Source: Antechinus flavipes
Lineage: Eukaryota
Reading direction: 5' to 3'
Length of the DNA stretch: 64,000 nt
Assembly (NCBI RefSeq): GCF_016432865.1
Contig: NC_067400.1
Span: forward strand, 612,870,001 to 612,934,000
Part shown: piece after piece, positions 1-14,201 of the stretch
Layout: every line of letters starts with the position of its first letter
How positions within the stretch are numbered: position 1 is the first letter of the stretch
Program-made: the position numbers and the translations under genes
Notes under the pieces: model-generated
What the model saw: the letters and a program-made list of their open reading frames with translations, nothing else
What the model was told of the DNA's origin: nothing
The model's database searches: none

Positions 1-1709
1 GACTTTAGAAAAAGTTGTGAGAGTTCAAAGGGGTACAGCTTAAGAGTAGAATTCAATAGATTAAGAAACCAAGGTGATGAGGGGAGGCAAAAGTATGGAA
101 GTTGTGAATAATTTTAAGGGAAGAGTGAAAACTGAAAAGAAAATTAACTTGAGAAATGGTCAGAGGGTAGAAGTGGGGGAAGAAGTCCTGGCAGAGAACT
201 GAGAATTAATAAGACTAAATTAGAAAGTTCTTAAATCTTTTCTGTCTCATGTCTGGTAAAGTCTGTAGATTGCTTCAGCATGTTTTCAAATGGATAAAAC
301 AAAATACATAGGATTCTAAAGGAAATCAATTATGTGGAACTATAGTTACCAAAGAGTAGAGGGAAAAAAGTTCACAAACCTTAATTTGAGAATCCCTGGT
401 CTAGAAGAGAGGTCTCTCTAGGGGACCCAATAAAGGCTGATGAGGTGGGAAAAAGAAATGGCTAGTAGTGTCTGCTGGAGGGTGGAGGATGATAAGGAAA
501 TGAGGAAAAAACTTTTGCCTTCCCACATCCCTCAATTCTTTTCCTTTCTATCCCTCCTAAATTAGGTTTTCAGAAAGTCCTGCCTAGACTATTTTAATCT
601 TCATTAACCTCCTTGTTTCTTTTCTCTTCTTTCTCCAAACCATCTTTCACTTGGCTGCCAAAATAATCTTAAAACCTAGTTCTGCCGCTTTCCTGATCAA
701 AAATGCTCCCAGAGGTCCCATATATACACAGGATCAAGAAGACTCCTTAGATTGGCAATGAAATCCCTCCATAATCTGACCCCCACCTAACTTTCCAGCA
801 TTACTTTCTAATACTCTGATCCATTCATTCTATTCTCCAGTCAAATTGGACTATGAGCATACCCCAAATTCTAGAATCTGCCCTCTCTCAGCTCCTGCAT
901 CAACCATTCCTCATGCCTAGAATGTCATCCTTCCTCACATCCATTTGTCTGAAGCTCAGTCTTCCATTGACCCTCAGCTCCTCTCTTCTGGAAAGCCTTC
1001 TTTGATTTCACCTTCTTGTAAGCATGTACTCCTACCCTCCATTTTCCTTGGACCGTGCCAATTTGGGCACCTGTTTTATCACTCCATTAGAACAAAAGCT
1101 CCTTGAGGCTAAAAGCTCGTTTTCCCTCTCTTTCTTCAAGGAATGTCCAAGTACTCTGTCCATCATCAGTGTCTAATAAATGTTTGCTGAGTTGAAGAAA
1201 GGACAGGGAGCAAGACCAGGAAAGGAATCCCGACCTTGAGAAGATGGATAGGAGCAGGAAGAAAGGAGGTCAAAAGCTCTGAGGCAGAGAGGTAGTTAAA
1301 GGCTTTGGGAGGGAGAGATGGAAGGCTGTTCTGGATCAAAAGGACCTAAGTAAAGATACAACCTGAGTCTCTTTAGGAAAGAAGGTCTGGGGGCAATGGT
1401 CTCTCAAAGGTTTCAGGGGTGAGGACGCCAAGGGTGAGCTCATTTTTTGGAAGGAGTTTGTCAGGGATGGAGACTTGGGAACTGATGATGGGGCCTGATA
1501 GAGAGCTGGGAAGGGCCCACATAAGGAGGATGGGAAACAGGTATCTGCACTGCTGGGGTGGGAAGGTGGAGGACAAGCACACTGACATCAAGGACTCTAG
1601 GGAGCTCTCTGGAAAGATTGTCAAAAGGGACACACTCGCCCCCAAGGGGCTGTAAAAGGTCCATGGACAATTGGATAGATTCTCTAACCAAGGAAACTAA
1701 CTGGAGAAT

Positions 1710-2550
1710 AGGGAATGGGGGGTCTGCAGAACTCTGTGAAGGGGAAAGAGACAGGCTGAAGGGCATTACTAAAAGGGGCTGAGGGGAATCACTAAGGGGA
1801 GTAGGGGACCTGTAAGACCTTCTGAAAGGGGAATGGGGACAGGCTGGGGGGTCACTAAGGGAAGTGAGAGATCTGTAGGACCCTCTGAAGGGGAATGAAG
1901 ACAGGCTGGGGAAGTCACTAAAGGGGAGGGAGGGTCTGTAGGACCTTCTTTAAGGGAAAGAGACAGCCTGAGGGCCATTACTTAGGGGAGTGGGGGTTGT
2001 GTAGGACCCTCTTAAGGGAGAATGAGAATAGGATGATGGTTGTCACCAATGGAAGTGGGGGGTCTATGGGACCCTCTGAAGGGGATTGGGGGCTGGCTGG
2101 GAGGGATCACAAAAGGGAGAGGGCCTAAAAGATCCTCTTTAGGAGGAAGAAACAACCTGAGGGACATTACTAAGGGGAATAGGATCGGGTAGGATTCTCT
2201 GAAAGGGGAAAAACAACAGGCTAATGGAGGTCACCAACGGAATTGGGTTTGTAGGACCCTCTGAAGAGGAATGGGGACAGGCTGATGGGGGTTACCAACG
2301 GAAGAGGGGGGCTTGTGGGACCCTCTGACGGGGATTGGGAACAGGCTGGGGGGGTTACTAAAGGGAGAGGAGGGGACAGGACCCTCTTTAGGGGGAAGAA
2401 ACAACCTGAGGGGCATTACTAAGGGGAGCGGGAGTAGTGTAGTACCCTCTGAAGGGGAATAAGAACAGGCTGATGGGGGACACCAAGGGAAGTGGGGGGG
2501 GGGCTTGTAGGACCTTCGGAAGGGGATTGGGGACAGGCTGGGGGAACTTC
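1710..2550. repeat. Diverged G-rich ~62-bp tandem repeat, ~13 units, with trimeric higher-order structure
   Basis: ACAGGCTG/ACAACCTG anchors at 1751, 1839, 1901, 1963, 2028, 2091, 2152, 2216, 2277, 2341, 2401, 2465, 2533 (mostly 60-68 bp apart); shared GTAGGACCCTCTGAAGGGG core. Confidence 0.85.
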
Positions 2551-2848
2551 TAGGGAGGTGGGGCCTCTTGCGGGAGAGCCAAGGGGGTCCTCTTGGGGGC
2601 GGAGTATGGGCCGCGGCCCGGCGGCCGGGGGTCCCCGAGGGGCGGGGCCGCGCGGCTGGGGGGGTCGGGCTCGCGCCGCGCACGCGCGCGGGGGGGCGGG
2701 GCCGGGCGGCCTCGCGCCTCTCCCTCCCTCCTCCCCGGAGCTGCGCCGCGGTGAGGAGAGGGTGGGTAGCTGCCCGTCTGTCCCTCCCTTCCTCCCGCCC
2801 GCCCGCTCCCCGAAGTGGGGAGGCCTCTTCAGGTCACTCGGGACTCAC

Positions 2849-3050
2849 CGCCTCGGGCCCGCGCCACCGCCGCCCTCACTCGCCTCGCTCTCTCCGCCTT
2901 CCCTCCCTCTCTCCTCACACCGACCGACGCCGTCGCCGCCGCCGCCGCCGCTGCCGCCGCCGTCGCCGCCGCCACGCTGCGTCACCGCGCCGCTGCGTCA
3001 CCCCTCCTCCCTCTCCGCCCTGCTCGCGCCGTCGTTCCGCCCTCACCACC
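2849..3050 (-). other. SAMD4B: Probable non-coding first exon of SAMD4B (5' end approximate)
   Basis: Minus-strand GTGAGT donor (plus ACTCAC 2843-2848) inside the island; GGC-repeat-rich 5'UTR-like sequence; SAMD4B is head-to-head with GMFG in eutherians. No SAMD4B coding sequence seen, so the name rests on synteny only. Confidence 0.5.
2928..2973. repeat. Interrupted (GCC/CGG)n triplet repeat, ~15 units
   Basis: cgccgtcgccgccgccgccgccgctgccgccgccgtcgccgccgcc read directly. Confidence 0.9.
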
Positions 3051-5299
3051 GCCTCCTACTTGGCGCGCCTTTTCATTGGGTGGTCTTTTGCAGATGGACG
3101 GCCCGTCAACCAATGGGTACTGCAGAGGTCGGAAACCGAGAAAGGGTGAGGAGAAGAACGCCACGGGGTTAGCTGAAGCGCCGCCGGGGAAGGGCCCGCC
3201 CCCAGATCCGGGCGAGGATAGGCTGGACGTCGCATGATTGGCAGATGAGAGGGAAAGGCGGAGGACTGGGGAAAAGAAGGGAGGGAGGCAGGACCGCGCT
3301 GTCTGGAGCGTTGCCATGCCAACGGGTCGGGCTGTACTGGGCTTCGGGCCTCCGCCCTGCAGGAGGCGGGTTCAGATCGACGCTTCACCCGCCGGCTCTG
3401 CACTCCACACCCCATCTCCTGGACTCCCCTAGCCTCAATATCTCCTCCTTTATTAAATCCCTCTACTCTCACGTTCCCTCCTCCTTCGACAAATCCCTTT
3501 CTCCCACACGGACCCTCCCTTTTCAGCAGGTCCCCTCCCTCTGCACAGACCTCTCCGCCTTCAGTCGGGCCCCCTTTAGCAAGTCTCTCTCCCCCTTCAG
3601 CCGGCCCCTTTCCCCTAACAGACCCTCCCCCTTCGGTAGGCCCCGCCCCTCTTTTAGCCGGGCCCCCTCCCCCTTCTTCTGGGCCTCCTCCTCCCACAGC
3701 CCCTTCCTTTTTAGCCTGGGGCTCCCCTCACTCCCACACCTCTTCCCATTTCTGTCACTTTCACAAACATTTCACTCCTTTGAGGTCTCAGTTTCTTCGT
3801 CAGTAAAATGAAACCTTTGGACCTGTGAAGTCACTCTTAGGAACAAATCTATGATTTTATAATCCCTTCCATGAGTCTTTAACCCCTTTACCCAAGTCCC
3901 TGTACGCCTCTCCCAGTCATCAGTCCCATACCCCTCCTCACATTTCTACCTCTGTCTTCCCATTCCTTCTCTTCTCAGATGTTCCTCTACTCTTCCCTTA
4001 TCACCTCCTGTCAACCCTTCAGCCTCATAACACTCATATATCCTTCCTCTTCCCCTTCTAAATCCTCCAATCTCCCCTACATCTCTCTCCTCTAAAATGC
4101 TTGCCCCTCATCTGTTCCCCTTCCCTCTCTAATTCCCTTCTATGTCTTCTCCAAATCCCTTTCCCCTAAATCTCCTCCCCCCAGATCCCAGCCTACAATT
4201 CTCTCCCTCTAAACCTCCCCTCAAATCTCCCCAAGCCCTCCTCTCCTCAAATGCCTTCCTTCCAAATCCTCATGCCCTCCATCCACCTCTCAGCAATTCC
4301 CTCCTCATACATCTCCTCCAAACTCCATCCTCAAATCCTCTAGCCACACACTCGTCTCCTTTATCACACATTTACTCAAATCTCTCCCCAGATCTCCTCC
4401 CCTCCGTAACTCTTCTTCCTCATAGCCCCGCTTCCAAAAGTCTCAGTACCCTCTCCCTCTATCTCTGACCACATTTCTGTCCAGTACATCTGAACCACAG
4501 ATCTCTTGAGAATCACCTCGAATTCTTGTCCATCCCAAATCCCCATGCTTTATCCCATGTTTTCTCCTCCCTTTTCTCTTCATACTATCCTGTCTCGGAG
4601 TCTTCTTTTAAATACATTTTAAATACATTTCCCTCAAATCGCTGCCTCATTGTCTGTCTTTCCATGTTACCTTTAAACTAGTTCTAGGCCTGCACCTTAT
4701 ATCCTTTTCCCCTAGACCCCTTCTCTCTCCCATACCCATAAAACCCTTTGCAGCTCTTCCAGTGCCTCTTGTTCTGTATTCATGCCTTCTTCCATCAAAC
4801 TGCCCCCTTCCCAGCCTTCTCTCTCAGCCTAATTTACCAGCAACCCTTAATTTAAGGATGTGGAGATATTGGAGGAAAGGAAGCAGAACTCAGGTGTGTG
4901 TTATGAGAACTAGGAGACAGGCTAAAGAAAGTGGGGAGGGTGTGGACAACAGGTGTTACAATGTACTTGTACAGAGAAATGGGGGTGCTCTGACTTACTG
5001 TAGGATCCTGCCTAAATTTCTCAAACCCTTAGTTTCCCTTTAGGTAGACTGAGAAGTTAAGTCCAAGATCTCTTATTAACCTTAGAATTATATTCCTGGA
5101 GAGAATCTGGAGCAGGGCTTCATAGTTTTGTATGTCCTGGACTCCTCGGAATCCTGTTTTAAAATTATAAAATGAAATTGGATTAAAAAGGAAAAGCAAT
5201 TAGATTGAACTAAAGAAGTTTTTTCCATCCAAGTTCCCAGATCCCTTCATCATGAATCCCAAGTTAAGACTCCTTTGATTTAGAGGCTGGAAGAGTCAG

Positions 5300-5551
5300 T
5301 GGATCTGGGAGGACTTCCTGGAAGAAGTCAGAACAGAATGGACATTGGAGGCCTGAAGATAAGGCCTGGAGTGCAGAAGTTGGGGATGGGAAGGAAGTAG
5401 GGGAAGAGGAAGTATGACAGGGCTTAAGGGAAGAGGAGGGGCTCGGGCAACAGTTACCCCAGGACAGATATAAACAGGATGTGGTATCGGAGCAGACCTT
5501 CCCTTCTCCTCAGAAGGCAGGAATCAACCCAAGGGAGACATCCTTGGGACC
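5300..5551 (+). promoter_or_regulatory. Candidate haematopoietic GMFG promoter (ETS/RUNX motifs)
   Basis: Several GGAAG/CTTCC ETS cores (~5314-5415) and CAGGATGTGGT (ETS+RUNX-like composite) at ~5475-5485, just upstream of the candidate GMFG ATG exon. Confidence 0.5.
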
Positions 5552-7610
<2,059 letters not shown>

Positions 7611-7701
7611 CTGGGGGTGTCTGGAGCTGGGGGGATTCAGCTGTCCAAGGATCCAGAGGCGGGACACGGGGGGCCCTGGGAAATTCGATACCCTGAGACA
7701 A

Positions 7702-7707
7702 AATAAA
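7702..7707 (+). terminator. GMFG polyadenylation signal AATAAA
   Basis: AATAAA ~90 nt after the GMFG stop codon. Confidence 0.75.
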
Positions 7708-7776
7708 CCAGGGAAATCTGGCCTGGTCCCCTTGGTTAGCACGACTCCACCCACGCAGGCTCTGCAGGGCTCCGGG

Positions 7777-7795
7777 TGGCCAGCAGAGGTCAGTC
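7777..7795 (+). promoter_or_regulatory. Candidate CTCF site
   Basis: TGGCCAGCAGAGGTCAGTC resembles the CTCF core CCASYAGRKGGC (one core mismatch). Confidence 0.4.
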
Positions 7796-8408
7796 AGCGA
7801 TCGCAGAAGGGGAGGCGGAGCGCGGGGCATCCGGGTCCCACTCCCAGAGGCTTGGGGAAAGGACACCAGGTTCCCGAAAAGGGGAGAGCGCCAAAGGACG
7901 GGCCACTTGGGTGTTGAAAGGGCAGAGGCCCGTCGATCCAGGAGAGCTGGGAGGCAGAACCCCTGGGTTCCCTAGAGAAGAAAGCTGGGGGGGAGGGGGA
8001 AAGGGGGGAGGAGTAATTCTTGGAAGAGCCTGCCAGTCCTTTTAAACTTTTCCTCTTCCTTCAAGGAAGGACTCAGTTTGGGAACTGACGCTCAGGGAAA
8101 GATCTTGGGGAGATATGGAAGGAGACTCAAAACCGGCTGTCTGAGAGAGGGAATAGTGCTACATGGAAGTGCTTCCTGCCCTCCAGCCGCGGCCTTTGGG
8201 GTCGGGTCTGTGTTCTGCTCCCTCCTTTCACGAGTCCACTTTATTGTGTGTGGGGGGAAGGGGGAATGGGGGGGAGGGGCGAGAGGGGAGGCAGGAAGGG
8301 AAGAACCCAGAGGCCAGAGTGCACGGGCCAGGCCTGTGCCCCACCCCCCTCGGAGAGCAAGGTACACCCTGGTCCAGAACATGCTGCTGCTGCTGAAGCT
8401 GAGGCCAT

Positions 8409-8422
8409 GTTGCCATGGCAAC
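8409..8422. promoter_or_regulatory. Perfect palindromic RFX X-box
   Basis: GTTGCCATGGCAAC; a second near-consensus TTTGCCATGGAAAC lies at 9084-9097. Confidence 0.65.
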
Positions 8423-10849
8423 CAGCTACCATCCCCAGGTCTCCAGGCCAGAGCACTGTGTCTCCAAGCTCCAGATGAGGGGCCTGCACCCCAGGACTCA
8501 GGGGGCAAGAAAGGAACTCAACAAGTTCTCTCTGTGTTAGAGTATTAACCTACCTGTCCCCATTCACAGAAGCAATCCCTAAATCTTGATGGGGGAAGAA
8601 AAGAGGGGGGACTGAAACAGAGCTCTCCCCATTTTCCTCCAAAGGTGACCTCCCTCCCTACCTCACATCCTTCCTTTCCTTGGTATAGAGGGTTCCTGTG
8701 ACCTCTATTATGCCCCAAATTTGGGGGGGGGAGGCGGCAGAAGGAAGCACTCGCCTACTAGACAGCAGGGCTTGTCAATCTGGGAATTAGCATGCAAAGG
8801 AGGAGGTGGCAGCAGGAGGAGATTAAAGCAGTAAAGTCACCAAACAATTTAATTGCTTCAGGGAATGGAGAATTAGAGGGAGGGGAAGGACTGATCTTCC
8901 AAGATTACTCACCTTGCCTGAAAGGAGGATGGGGTCCAAGTGGACCCCATGATAAAGGGGCCCGGAAAGCCACGGTTGGGGAAAGAGAACCAAAGGATCC
9001 CAGTGTTAACCTTCTCTGAGTCTTAGTCTCTAGGGCCAAGAAAGCCCCTTCATTCCCAGGTTACTGGAAGGGACCTGGTGGCCTTTGCCATGGAAACAAT
9101 GACAATGACCTTGGGCCCCCAGCCACCCTTTCACCATTGATTGAGATTTCACAGTGGAGGGGCAAGAGTTTCCAACCCAGTCCTTCCCTCCTCCCCCTTC
9201 CCTTTCCTTCCCTTCCTTCCCTTCTCCTTTCCTCTACCATCTCATCCTCACAAAGTAAGGAGAGAGAAAGCCAGGATGGAGATGTTAGTACTGGGGCTCT
9301 CCACAGTATAGAAGTCTTGTGATCAAGGAGCACAGAGGCAGACTCAGTCCTCTTCCCCTCCAGTTCAGATGAAACCACTTCCCTGATCACTGGATGGACT
9401 GTCCACCCTCATTGGGTCTCAGCTTCCTGAACCTAAAAATGGGCAGGTTTTAACATTGTGATCCCCTCCATTTTTTTCTCTGATCTGTTGCTGGGGGAAG
9501 ATGTCAGGGTGTCGGATTGAGAGACTCTGAAGGCCAGAGATGGAAGGGGTAGGGCCTTCCAGAGAAAAAGAGTTTTCTATGAGTTAGTAAAAAACTACCA
9601 CCTTATAATTAGAAAGAGAAATCTGATTTAGTGGATTTTAGGAGGGAAAAGGAGGGCTCATGGAGTACCTTTTGATTTCTCTGTCCCAGGAAGTTTAGAG
9701 TAATTTGTCCCTTCCAATGCACTTGGAGTCATTTAGACAAGGGTGGGACAAGGCGGGGCCATCTGGATGGTAGAATAATCAGAATAGAAATTTCAGAGGC
9801 TTTTGTCCAATCCAGGTTGAGAAGAGCAGGGTGTGATCTGAGGAATTCTGGAAGATCCAGGTGGAGAAGATACCCAGTAGGCTTCTGTTCAGGAATGGCC
9901 AGTACAGGGCAAAAGTACAGGACTCCTCTCCTGATGGCTCCCTCAAGGCCACTTGAAGGGTTCTGGCCAATCACTTTGTCCCTTAGCTCCCAACTCAGTT
10001 GAATGGGAAGGCTTGGCCCAGGTGACCTAGCCCCTTTCGACTCAGAGGTATGTTCTTATCATCCTCAAGGTCCCTCCCAGCTCCCAGTCCTGCGATTCTC
10101 TCAAGACCGGAGGGTGTCTTGGAGCAATGGACTTGAGCAGCCACCAGATGAAGCAGGAGATGGAGAGGATGTTGTGAAAGGCTTTTGGGGGACCAGGGAT
10201 GCTGAGCAGCAGGATTGCAGAGAGGCCTTGGGGAGGGATGAGTGGGCTGAAGTCTGTTCTAAGTATACCTCCCTCCTCCCTTTCTCACCCCTCTGCCGAA
10301 CCAGACTCTGAGCCCTGGCTTTCCAGGTTTTGCTTCTCCCCAGTTATCCCATCCTTTTTAGGCTCAGTCCAGGTGGGGGTCTTCTTGGGGGCGTTCAAGA
10401 AAGAACTGAATCATCCTATCATAAATAGAGCCATCAGCAGGCCTGATGGGTAGACAGAGAAAAGGTTGGGGTTTGGAAAAAAGGAAGGCTGTCTGGTTTG
10501 GGCGAGGCCAGGAGGGCGGGGACATAGACCACAAGGATGCAGCCCCAGGTGTCCTTTCCCTATCTGCAATTATTGAGCACCTCCTGTGTACAAGGGCTAG
10601 TAACCATAGCTGTCTCTCCCCCAGGCGTTCCCTGGCTTTGTCTCGGTCCCCTCTGCCAGTAGGTCCCGTCAGGGTCCCTCCCAGGTTGGGCTCCAGGGCT
10701 CCCTGGCTCTTCCTGGGGCCTTCTCCTTCCATCTCTATCACAGGCTCTTCCCCCTCTTTCCCGTTCCACCGGGACCCTCCTCCTCCTGCAGCATAATCTC
10801 GCCCCCACGTGTGTCCATCTGGTCCCCTTAGGCAGGGAACCCAGGTATC

Positions 10850-11950
10850 CTGACATCCGAGGGTCCCAGACCTGGCACGGCCCCTCCCTCTGCGGAGAGA
10901 AGAGGGGGCCAAAGCCCGACCGCCATGGTTGGGGGCGCTGCGTCTAGGCTGGGGGCCTGGGTGGGGAGGGGTCCGCCGTGCTCCGGCTCCCGGGGCCGGG
11001 AGCAGGGGAGGGACCCAGGCGCGCCCGCCTCCCCGCCCCCTCGCCCCTCCCTTCCGCTCCCCTCCCCCCCCTTTGCAGATCGGGCGCCCGCGCCCCGCGC
11101 TGTGCGGAGGGAGGAGCCGCGCGCCGAGCTCCGGCTGTACCGCGCCCCCCCCGCCCCCTCCCCCCAGCCCTCCCGGCCCCGGCCCCCCTCCCTCCTTCCC
11201 TCCCTCCCTCCCTCCTCCGTCCCCATCCCCCTTCCCTCTCCGTCCCCTCCCCTCCCCTCCCCCCGCCATGGCGCGGACCGAGGCGGCGGCGGCCGGAGCC
11301 AGAGCCAGAGCCCGGGGCCGGGCCGGGGCCGGGGCCGGGCCCCCCCGGAGGTGAGCTCGGGGCCCGGGGTGGGGAAAGCGGGGGACGGGAGCGTGTGTGC
11401 TGGGTGCTGGGCGCTGGGGCGGTGGGATGTGTGCGATGTGGGATGTGTGTGCGCGCGTGTCCGCGCCGCTGCGGCGCCCCGGTCTGGGTGTCCGGGTGTG
11501 TCTGTGTGCGCGTGGGGGGCCGGGGTGGGGGGCGGGGGTCGCGGGGGTCCGCGGCTGCTCGCGTGCCTCGGCGTGCCCGGCGCGGCGTGCTTGTGGGAGC
11601 GTGTGGGCTCCGGTGTGTCCGCGGATGTGTTTGCTTGTCGGTGTGTCCGTGTGTCTGTCTGCATTTGTGTGCTGCCGTGTGTCTGCGTGTGAGTGTCCGT
11701 GTGTGTCCGCCCGTGGGCCCGGATGTCTCCCCGGCGTCTCCGACACTGTCCATGTGTCTCCGTGGGTGTCCAGGTGTCTCGGGGACAGCTCCTACCTTAA
11801 GCCCTTGGGAGGGGGGGGGCAACGTGGGCCTGGGTCCCTGGGGCTTTTCCCTCCCCTGTCATTTCCTCCCCGGGCCGGGAGCAGACCGGGGCTGAGCCCG
11901 GCAGGGAGCTGGACACATGGACCCGGACTCCAGGGGAGAAAGGTGGAATC
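10850..11950 (+). promoter_or_regulatory. LRFN1 CpG-island promoter and candidate first exon (ends 11350)
   Basis: CpG island with GC boxes; strong donor GAG|GTGAGC at 11350/11351; lies 3.5 kb upstream of the LRFN1 coding exon. Confidence 0.7.
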
Positions 11951-12126
11951 GCCGGGAGACCACCCCCTCCCTTCCGAAGGGGGAGGCCTGCCCAGCCCTG
12001 CCCCTCCTAGCTAGATCTCCCAGGATCCTTCAGAATCTGCCCGGATCCATTGGGATCCTCTAGGCCTCCAGAGGGAGGGGGGCCTGAGGGACCCTGCCAC
12101 AGGCCCAGGTCTGCTTTTCTTTGCAG

Positions 12127-12392
12127 GATTCTCTCCCCCCCCCCCCCCCCCCCCCCAGCACATTTCAGTGTTTGGGGATTGGGGCCTGGAGAGAAGCCAT
12201 AAGACAGCCCTGGAGCCCATCCTCGCGGAACCCAGACATCCACCCCCCTCTCCCTCCCCCTCCCTCCCAGACCCAGCCCTACCTGGCCCACTTCCATCTC
12301 AGGAGCCTTGACCTTCTGACCCCTCCTCTCTGCTCCTTAAATCTTGACTCCCAGCTCGGGCCAGGTTTGGCCCCAGACAGTCCCTGGGGGTG
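12127..12392 (+). other. Candidate LRFN1 5'UTR exon containing a C22 homopolymer (12135-12156)
   Basis: Acceptor ctgcttttctttgcag|G at 12126/12127, donor GTG|GTGAGT at 12392/12393; splice-site prediction only. Confidence 0.35.
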
Positions 12393-12497
12393 GTGAGTAC
12401 TGGACCAAGGTGAGGCGGAGGCTGGAGTGAGATCCTGGGAGGCCAGAGTGCTGGATGTGCTGGCCACTGGCTGGCGTGGGTCTGTCTCCGGGACGGG

Positions 12498-12499
<2 letters not shown>

Positions 12500-12537
<38 letters not shown>
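12500..12537. repeat. (GT)19 microsatellite
   Basis: Direct reading. Confidence 0.95.
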
Positions 12538-12539
<2 letters not shown>

Positions 12540-13278
12540 GGAGCCATGTGCTGCCAGCCAGTCTCCTCCTTTCCCACAGCTTTCTGTGTCTCTATCTATG
12601 TGTCAGGGTCCCAGCACATTTCAGTGGCTGGGCTTTTTGTCACCTGCCCGTGTACGTGGGGACGGATGTTGAGTGTGTGTGTCAGAGTATGAACAAACAC
12701 AGGTGTGTCCCTGGGGCAGGCCTTGCACGCCTTCCCGTGGGGACCTGGAGATGTTGGGGGGGGCGACGTGAGCCGGGGCCAAGCATGTCCAAGCATGTGC
12801 CGGGGGGTTGCATGTCAGCGAGATGTCCCCGGACCCTCCCTCCTTCCTCAGTGGGCGTCCTGGGGGGGGACTGAGCTTAGGGTACTCCCGCTCCCTTCTG
12901 AGGGGCGGTTCGAGGTAGGGGAGAGAGTGCTGAGCCCGGGATCCCAGAGACCTGCGTGCAAATCCTGCCTCTGACACTTCCTCGCTTTGAAAGCACTGCC
13001 AGCCGTTCAACCCGATTCCCTGTTTCACCATCGGCAAAATTGGGGTGGGGGGAGATGACAGGCAGTGTCTCCCCCAAGGAATGTCGGGAGACCCAGATGC
13101 TGACTTGTGGGAGTGAATATCAAAGGCAGTAGTTGTCCTGGAGGGCCTGGAATCCAAAGCCTGGGCCAAGGTTCCCCTGGGCTGGGGAAGCTGAAGCATG
13201 AGGGATGAGAGGCGGACCCCAGCAGGGACTTTCCCGGTCCCCAGTGGGGCTGATGGGGCAATGTTGCTGTCTTTCCAG

Positions 13279-13308
13279 GTGGTGCCGGCCATGATTTCGT
13301 GAGGAGAG
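13279..13308 (+). other. Candidate 30-nt LRFN1 5'UTR micro-exon with a mini-uORF (ATG ATT TCG TGA)
   Basis: ctgtctttccag|GTGG...GAGAG|gtgagc; both splice sites near consensus. Confidence 0.35.
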
Positions 13309-14151
13309 GTGAGCTGAGGAGGCAGGTGCTGGGGAGGGGGCAGCTTGGGCTGGATTTTAAGCCTCAGGAGCCCTGGGTGGATGCTCTGCTGTGGTGGGGC
13401 CAGGGAGGAGCATGTCTGGGGGGAAGGGTGGGGCTTAGGCTGGGATGTGAAGGGGGAAGTTGGAGGAGAAATGGGAGGGGGGCAGGTGTCCTCTTTCGCC
13501 ACGTGGATGGCCGCTTATGGCACTGGGAAGGATAGCCCCACTAGGAACTTCATGCTGAAGTGGAAGGAGAGGCAGGTGGGCCCACTGTCCCTACAGGCTA
13601 GGGGGAGGCTTTGGGCAGAGGGAGTGGGAGCAGGAGCCAAGCTGTGGGATGTATGGCCAGTTCCGGGGAGAGATGGGATCGGGGGTCACCACACTAGGGA
13701 GGCAGGAGCTCCCTCCCTCCCTCTCTTCCTAGGCAATGGGCACCGATGAGGCCCAATTTCACCCCTGCTGGGCCAAACTCAGAGAGAGAGAAACTCGGCA
13801 AAGGGGGCTGAGAAGTTCAGGAGACAACCAGAGAGAAAACCCAGACAGAGATGGAGAAGCAGGCACGAGGACGCAGAGGCCAAAACAGAGATAGAAGAAC
13901 CGGGGGGCTCTGAGACAGAGGAAGATGGTGGGGAAGGGGGCAGAGGAGGACCTCGGGAGACAAATACACAGGAACTGAAAGGGAGACAGAGACACAGACA
14001 GACACTGAAGAACTGAGGGAGACAGAGAGATAGACATAGGGAGAGACAGAGGCAGGCAGATACAGGGAGACACACACAGATGTAGGCACTGAGAAGGACG
14101 CAGAGATAGAGACACAAAGAGAGGCAGACAGACATAGGAACTGAGAAAAAG

Positions 14152-14153
<2 letters not shown>

Positions 14154-14197
<44 letters not shown>
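14154..14197. repeat. (GA)n microsatellite
   Basis: Direct reading, ~22 units. Confidence 0.9.

Positions 14198-14201
<4 letters not shown>

Larger units (their letters stand above)
2550..3420. promoter_or_regulatory. CpG-island promoter (probable SAMD4B promoter, possibly bidirectional towards GMFG)
   Basis: Very high GC/CpG; CCAAT boxes near 3075 (ATTGG), 3110 and 3237; tandem TGCGTCA motifs ~2977-3000; X-box-like GTTGCCATGCCAAC 3310-3323. Confidence 0.85.

Noticed and set aside
2231-3811. Multiple 110-226 aa ORFs across the first CpG island
   Set aside because: Compositional artefacts of GC-rich and C-rich low-complexity DNA.
10364-12014. Long ORFs (255-460 aa) on both strands over the LRFN1 promoter
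   Set aside because: Low-complexity Pro/Gly/Arg/Ala products expected from a stop-poor CpG island; no domain resemblance.
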